This document shows, piece after piece, positions 59,201-64,000 of a DNA stretch of 64,000 nucleotides; the first letter of the stretch is position 1, and the number at the start of each line of letters is the position of its first letter. A program made the translations under genes and the position numbers. Origin of the DNA: Candidatus Cloacimonadales bacterium (GTDB lineage: Bacteria; Cloacimonadota; Cloacimonadia; Cloacimonadales; DAONDQ01); NCBI GenBank assembly GCA_963662275.1, contig OY759316.1, positions 896,001-960,000 on the forward strand, in the 5' to 3' direction. The notes under the pieces were generated by a model. That model was not told the origin of the DNA. It ran no database searches and worked only from the letters and a program-made list of their open reading frames with translations.

Positions 59201-61840
59201 TCAACACCCAATGTAGGTTCACAACCTTACGACGGATTTGCAGCAACTTCTGTCATAGCTGTTAGCTCTGCCCCAACCACTCCCAATAGCTATTATATAA
59301 CTCCGTTAAGCGGTACCAGGACTGTGGGACCAGGAGGCGATTATCCTACTTTAGCAAGTGCTATAGCCATGTTAAATGCTTGTCTGATGGATGGACCTAC
59401 TGTTTTCCAATTAATTGATCATGATTATTCAACGAATGAGACTTTTCCTTTAACGATCATGTTGACTAGAGGTGCCAGCGCTACAAATACGATTACGTTT
59501 GCACCTGCTCCTGGAATGACAGATGTTGGCATAACCTGTGCAGGTTCCGCTAGTGTATTGAGTTTTGATGGCGCAGAATATGTTACCTTCGATGGAGATT
59601 ATTATCTTGAAAGTTCCACTCTTACGATGATAGGTAATGGCTCTTCTTCTGCTGCTGTTAACATTGGCGGTACATCTGCAAATAATACAATACGGAATTG
59701 CATTATCAAAGGATGTTCAACAAACATTTTTTCAGGTGTCCTTAAAATTAACACAACAACGTCAGGAAATGGGAATCAGATTATTTCCTGTGATATCGGT
59801 AATGGGAGTATAAAACCTCGATTTGGGATATATCTCTCTAGTTCTGCTAATGGTAGCCAGACGATCAGGGAATGCAATATACATGGAATTTCCAGCAATG
59901 GCATTCAAATCTATAGTTCCTCATCCAATGGTGTACAAATTCTGAATAATGTATTCTCCGATTTTGGGGCGACAGCAATTTTCTTACGGGAAAGCAACAA
60001 TACCACGATTGAGGGGTGCGAAATCTCTTCAACAAATCCGACATCTTCAGATTTAAGTGGAATTTCTATTGCAAATGCGCCCGGTACTGTGATAAGAAAT
60101 TGCAGGATTCATAATCTTGTTGGTTCTTCAACAGCCAGTTTGGAAGGTATCTCGATTTCTGGCAGTTATGGTGTCTCCATGACACCGAAAATCTATAACA
60201 ATGAGATTTACCTTGAGACTGGAGCTTCAACAACTACCGGTGATGTTAAAGGAATAGAATATAATGGGTTTGATACTAACTCTTGTGAAATCTATTATAA
60301 CTCTGTTTATCTAGGTGGTACTGGAGTGACAGCAGGGAATAGTTATGCGTTTTTAAAGCAAAATGCATGTTCGAATCTGACTATTGAGGATAATATCTTC
60401 ATGAATGCCCGTAGTAATGGAACAGGTACGGGTAAACACTGTGCAATTGGTTATACGAATACTTCTACTACTGCACTTACTTTAGATAGAAACGACTATT
60501 ATGCCAGTGGTACTGGAGGTGTTCTCGGTATTTGGAATACTACAGAAGCAACTTCATTAGCAAATTGGAAGTCATTATCTTCTCGCGATCTATTCTCTAT
60601 TTCTGCAAATCCTGTTTTTGGATTCAGTACACTTGATTATCTGAGACCATACACGATTTCGCCTGTTTTCCATGCAGGTGTACCAATCACAGGTATTGTA
60701 GATGATATTCAAGCGGTATTGAGAAGTGAAACAGCTCCTGCTATAGGTGCATATGAAACAGGTATAGCCATGACAATTCCCAATTCTGCTGTTCTTGTTT
60801 CTCCTGGTGATACAGTAACCAATCAAAGTACTACTGTCAGCATGAATTGGGCGGATGGTGGTGGTTTGCCTTCTGCGTATGTGATGAACTTCGGAACAAA
60901 TGATCCGCCAACCAACATTCTTCATAATTATTACCTTGGTAATGTCTTAACATATTCTCATGAAGAGCCATTAATATATGGAACAACATATTATTGGCAG
61001 ATCATACCTGTGAATAGCGAGGGAGATGCTGAAGATTGTCCCATCTGGTCATTTACAGTGATGATCGATCCCAGGATTCATGATTTTCCTTATACCGAGA
61101 ACTTCGATACCACATTTCCTCCAACCGGCTGGACTGTTGTTACATCATTTGATCCAGATTCCAATTGGAGACAAAACACCGAAGTTGAACTCAATCATAA
61201 TACCAGTACAGGTTCTGCAGCAGTGGGCTATGGCTATGATTATCTTCATTACAATTACTGGCTGATCACACCACCTATACTTGTGGATGCGAATACGCTA
61301 AGATTCTGGGCAAGAGATTACTTATCGACTGAATTATGGGATTATCCGGATGAATATACCTGGATTCGAATATCGACAACCACGCCGGATACATCTTCTT
61401 TTACAACAACCATTGGAGCTTTGGATTACCTGGATACTGGTGAAACATATAAACAATATGCAGTTGATTTAGCTCCATGGGTTGGTCAGACAATTTATAT
61501 AGCTTTTATTCGTCATGGAACTGGTGGAAATTACTTCTTTTTAGATGATTTGAGTATCCAGGAAGAAAGTCTAAATCAACCAGTTGTCATTCTTACTCAG
61601 ACTGAATCAGGCGTTCAACTTGATTGGATGGAAGATACATATAGTCTGGGATACAAAATTTTCGAAGCATCCACTCTAGATGGTCCTTGGACATATCTAA
61701 CGACTACCTCAACAAATACGTACATTGATACTAACGTTACCGAAAAGAAATTCTACAAAGTAGTGACTACCAATATCAATGTAACGAGTGAATCGAAATC
61801 TTATCCGGAAATGAGGCATAGATCTTTGCCAAAGAAATAA
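56222..61840 (+). CDS. Large secreted parallel beta-helix protein, paralog of 48327-53423, with added cleaved-adhesin-like domain
   Basis: Colinear shared motifs (YERS, LVETNYGGTG, YFWLTYDVS, KPR.YFKK, IQYFVVAQD, LDRNDY.ASGTGGVLG); FPYTENFD, YWLITP; KFYKVV. Confidence 0.8.
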   Translation: MTKIISIFIFFMLLSVTAICSVGTVTIGTGTSVQRSPLGSVSGYERSVQLYTAAEMSNTGVITKIEFYTMTAEAVTVPCKMYLKETTATTLTSTTWATQTTGATLVYDSSFTGTIAGGWNEFLTNNYFTLTSGKNLLVLVETNYGGTGSGQGSTSPDCRFSTLANTQERWAQNTTPPTGSGAVHSTRPNVRLTFNNAMTYTSSTTTQFTGTVVAGTNQQPVLGVQIVIGGSGVPLYLSMLSFASNGTSLLSDVANARCYYTGTSSTFSTATQYGSTFSSVFETYYFEGNQTLAAGTNYFWLTYDVSSTAGHGNHIDSECPQVYLDGTGLVQYTPTVTAPSGYLTIRTPLSGTKTIGPGGTYTTFASAITDLNDHGVKSPGLTFNVTSGTVFTEGSLTITATGTASSPIIFQKSSTAHATVKPTLNTSCFDITSSDYITFNGIDVVINSGSYVKYAFYLHGTATDGAQHNTIKNCSITLNKTNTDSKGIYSNSTATSSGGSNSYNHFYNVTISNVYSGIYLAGSSTSGCYDSGNEIGSETVDHFSITNFGGDTSASYGVYATNQLSAKVFETEINDSACTTSSASLFGIYFLGTNSTADIYNNIVQSLQTSSTGYGVYIGAGNTVNFYSNQINGVYSTSSSSYGLYISSTTYSNMYKNNISYISTDGVSSKAIGIYSFSGTTHNIYNNMISHINSPNSTSAPSAAGMSLNSVTTYGIYYNTVKLECTASITDLYTAAFRSTHAPDSIDIRNNIFINKSATGSGTSGKAVVLWRSTNPSYRVAASTNNNLYYAGTPGSKNLIFYDGSNVCETLSSYKLLAETIDQQSFTEDVPFVSSTDLHISLSIPTQVESGGLPITTPFVLNTDYDGITRSAITPDIGADEGTFILAEYNPPVITYSPFGYTYSTSSQTLSNVVITDGSGLNVTSTYKPRVYFKKNTETNSFGANNSGTNGWKWTQTTSSSSPFEFLLDYSLLNSAVVPGDTIQYFVVAQDSFSTPNVGSQPYDGFAATSVIAVSSAPTTPNSYYITPLSGTRTVGPGGDYPTLASAIAMLNACLMDGPTVFQLIDHDYSTNETFPLTIMLTRGASATNTITFAPAPGMTDVGITCAGSASVLSFDGAEYVTFDGDYYLESSTLTMIGNGSSSAAVNIGGTSANNTIRNCIIKGCSTNIFSGVLKINTTTSGNGNQIISCDIGNGSIKPRFGIYLSSSANGSQTIRECNIHGISSNGIQIYSSSSNGVQILNNVFSDFGATAIFLRESNNTTIEGCEISSTNPTSSDLSGISIANAPGTVIRNCRIHNLVGSSTASLEGISISGSYGVSMTPKIYNNEIYLETGASTTTGDVKGIEYNGFDTNSCEIYYNSVYLGGTGVTAGNSYAFLKQNACSNLTIEDNIFMNARSNGTGTGKHCAIGYTNTSTTALTLDRNDYYASGTGGVLGIWNTTEATSLANWKSLSSRDLFSISANPVFGFSTLDYLRPYTISPVFHAGVPITGIVDDIQAVLRSETAPAIGAYETGIAMTIPNSAVLVSPGDTVTNQSTTVSMNWADGGGLPSAYVMNFGTNDPPTNILHNYYLGNVLTYSHEEPLIYGTTYYWQIIPVNSEGDAEDCPIWSFTVMIDPRIHDFPYTENFDTTFPPTGWTVVTSFDPDSNWRQNTEVELNHNTSTGSAAVGYGYDYLHYNYWLITPPILVDANTLRFWARDYLSTELWDYPDEYTWIRISTTTPDTSSFTTTIGALDYLDTGETYKQYAVDLAPWVGQTIYIAFIRHGTGGNYFFLDDLSIQEESLNQPVVILTQTESGVQLDWMEDTYSLGYKIFEASTLDGPWTYLTTTSTNTYIDTNVTEKKFYKVVTTNINVTSESKSYPEMRHRSLPKK

Positions 61841-61858
61841 TATCTTTTATTCTCCTTC

Positions 61859-61888
61859 AAACCGCTCTTTGCCAGAGCGGTTTTTTTT
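61859..61888 (+). terminator. Intrinsic terminator
   Basis: AAACCGCTCT-TTGCC-AGAGCGGTTT followed by poly-T. Confidence 0.85.
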
Positions 61889-62050
61889 ATTCTTCAAACC
61901 GGCATTGGCATTGTATTTTTGAATAGCAATTATTGTTTGACAGCGTTCTGGCTTGGGAATTTGTTGCATTTTAGAGATTTTACACCAGATTATCTGATAT
62001 AAATCCTATTCAAAATTAAAAAAAATAAGATAAAAGAAATTGGAGGAAAA

Positions 62051-64000
62051 ATGGATACCAAAAAACGTGTATATCTGTTTGGTAACGGAAAAGCTGAAGG
62101 CGGAGCTGAAATGAAGAATCTCCTTGGCGGAAAAGGTGCAAACCTGGCTGAGATGAATCTTATCGGCGTTCCGGTACCACCAGGTTTTACTATTTCAACC
62201 GAAGTCTGTACTGAGTTTAACTCGATTGGACCAGATAAAGTGAAAGAAATTCTTACAGATGACATACGCAAATCAATTGAAAATATCGAAAACATGACTG
62301 GGACGAAATTCGGTTCCAATCAAAACCCCTTACTCGTTTCTGTACGCTCAGGTGCTCGTGCATCGATGCCCGGTATGATGGATACTATTCTTAATCTAGG
62401 TCTAAATGACCTGGCTGTTGAAGGTCTTGTTGCAAAATCAAACAATCCACGTTTCGTTTGGGATTCATACCGCCGTTTCGTACAAATGTACGGTGACGTT
62501 GTTCTTGGTCTGAAACCTGCCTCTAAAGAAGAGATCGATCCCTTTGAAGAAATCATCGACAAGGTGAAAGAAGAAAAGGGTGTCATAAATGACCTTGATT
62601 TAACTACTGAAGATTTGAAAGAACTAGTCGTTCGTTTCAAGAAAGCTGTGAAGCAGCATACAGGCAATGATTTCCCTGACAATCCTTGGGATCAGTTATG
62701 GGGTGCCGTGTTTGCCGTATTCAGCAGTTGGATGAATGACAGAGCCATCTATTATCGTCAATTGAACAACATCCCAGCAGAATGGGGAACCGCTGTCAAT
62801 GTCCAGGCTATGGTGTTTGGCAATATGGGTGAAAACAGTGCAACTGGTGTAGCCTTTACGCGCGATGCCGGAACAGGCGAAGCTTGTTTCAATGGTGAAT
62901 ACCTGATCAATGCGCAGGGTGAAGACGTTGTTGCCGGTATTCGTACGCCACAAGTCATCACAATCGAAGGTTCACGCAGATGGGCTGAGCTTGCCGGCGT
63001 TAATGAAGCTGACAGAAAGGCAAAGTATCCTTCATTGGAAGAAACTATGCCGGTCGTATATGCTGAATTATTCACCATTCAAAAGAAACTTGAAAATCAT
63101 TATAAAGACATGCAGGACATAGAATTCACCATCCAGGACGGAAAGCTCTGGCTGCTCCAGACCCGTAATGGTAAACGCACTGGTGCTGCTATGATGAAAA
63201 TCGCGATGGATTTATATCGTGAAAACGTCATTGATGAAAAGACAGCCATGATGCGTCTTGAACCTCAAAAGCTAGATGAATTGCTTCATCCTGTATTCAT
63301 GCGTGATGCAATGAAGAATGCTGAAGTCATTTCCAAAGGTTTACCTGCTTCACCTGGTGCAGCAACAGGGCAGATCGTGTTCTTTGCTGATGATGCAGAA
63401 GCTTGGGTTGCAGGCAATAAGAAAGTCATTCTTGTTCGTACTGAAACCTCTCCTGAAGACTTACGCGGTATGCATGTTGCTGAAGGTATCCTCACTGCTC
63501 GTGGCGGTATGACTTCTCATGCTGCTGTTGTGGCTCGCGGAATGGGTAAATGCTGCGTTTCCGGTGCTGGTTCAATCGTTATTGATTACAAAGCCCGTAC
63601 TATGACTGCTGCCGGTGTGAAATTTGTGGAAGGTGACTGGATCTCATTAAATGGTTCTACCGGTGAAGTTTATAAGGGTAAAGTGGAAACACAAGATCCT
63701 GAACTCGATGCTGATTTCCAGAAAGTCATGGATATTGCTGATAAATATACTCGCATGTATGTTCGTACAAATGCAGACACACCACATGATGCACGTGTTG
63801 CTATTGAATTCGGTGCCAAGGGTATCGGTCTTTGCCGCACAGAGCACATGTTCTTTGAAGGAACTCGTATCATGCCTATGCGTGAGATGATCCTTGCAGA
63901 AGACGAAGCTGGACGCCGTGCTGCCTTAGCAAAACTGCTTCCTATCCAACGTGGTGATTTTGAAGGTATTTTCGAAGCCATGAATAACCTGCCTGTGACT
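62051..64000 (+). CDS. ppdK: Pyruvate, phosphate dikinase, 3' truncated by window edge
   Basis: MDTKKRVYLFG...LLGGKGANLAEM...PVPPGFTI, SVRSGARASMPGMMDT, GGMTSHAAVVAR, GIGLCRTEHM; RBS GGAGG; absent from the ORF track because the stop lies outside the window. Confidence 0.97.
   Translation, partial: MDTKKRVYLFGNGKAEGGAEMKNLLGGKGANLAEMNLIGVPVPPGFTISTEVCTEFNSIGPDKVKEILTDDIRKSIENIENMTGTKFGSNQNPLLVSVRSGARASMPGMMDTILNLGLNDLAVEGLVAKSNNPRFVWDSYRRFVQMYGDVVLGLKPASKEEIDPFEEIIDKVKEEKGVINDLDLTTEDLKELVVRFKKAVKQHTGNDFPDNPWDQLWGAVFAVFSSWMNDRAIYYRQLNNIPAEWGTAVNVQAMVFGNMGENSATGVAFTRDAGTGEACFNGEYLINAQGEDVVAGIRTPQVITIEGSRRWAELAGVNEADRKAKYPSLEETMPVVYAELFTIQKKLENHYKDMQDIEFTIQDGKLWLLQTRNGKRTGAAMMKIAMDLYRENVIDEKTAMMRLEPQKLDELLHPVFMRDAMKNAEVISKGLPASPGAATGQIVFFADDAEAWVAGNKKVILVRTETSPEDLRGMHVAEGILTARGGMTSHAAVVARGMGKCCVSGAGSIVIDYKARTMTAAGVKFVEGDWISLNGSTGEVYKGKVETQDPELDADFQKVMDIADKYTRMYVRTNADTPHDARVAIEFGAKGIGLCRTEHMFFEGTRIMPMREMILAEDEAGRRAALAKLLPIQRGDFEGIFEAMNNLPVT

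Noticed and set aside
61990..63981. Several short ORFs in the track
   Set aside because: Antisense or out-of-frame shadows of ppdK, which is open from 62051 to the window end.

Overview
Bacterial chromosomal segment. The YPNPFNP/FlgD-type sorting domain, M6 protease and giant beta-helix surface proteins suggest an FCB-group organism such as Candidatus Cloacimonadota (inference only). Layout: (i) 1-9.6 kb, the 3' end of an M16-like peptidase gene and a 2608-aa secreted M6 metalloprotease whose translation-initiation region is tandemly repeated. (ii) About 9.7-36 kb, an eroding defence/mobile island containing an SNF2 helicase gene and ending with a type III Res gene, with no type III Mod gene in the window. 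The island carries a tyrosine-recombinase + IS91-type element, two internally deleted DUF1016 copies, two deleted SNF2 copies, a HigB-HigA-SecB-like toxin-antitoxin-chaperone (TAC) operon, a type II R-M pair, an NLR-like STAND ATPase with 42-aa repeats, an IS21, and a group II intron plus an IS1182 both inserted into one REP-like element. (iii) 36.5-47.7 kb, housekeeping genes (adk, Ktr/Trk, RluA, ribBA, TPM, MATE, YgiQ, csp). (iv) 48-62 kb, three large secreted proteins, then the 5' part of ppdK. Intergenic DNA is rich in REP-like hairpins, heptamer tracts and 11-bp tracts. No rRNA, tRNA or CRISPR array was seen. All family assignments come from motif recognition, not database searches.
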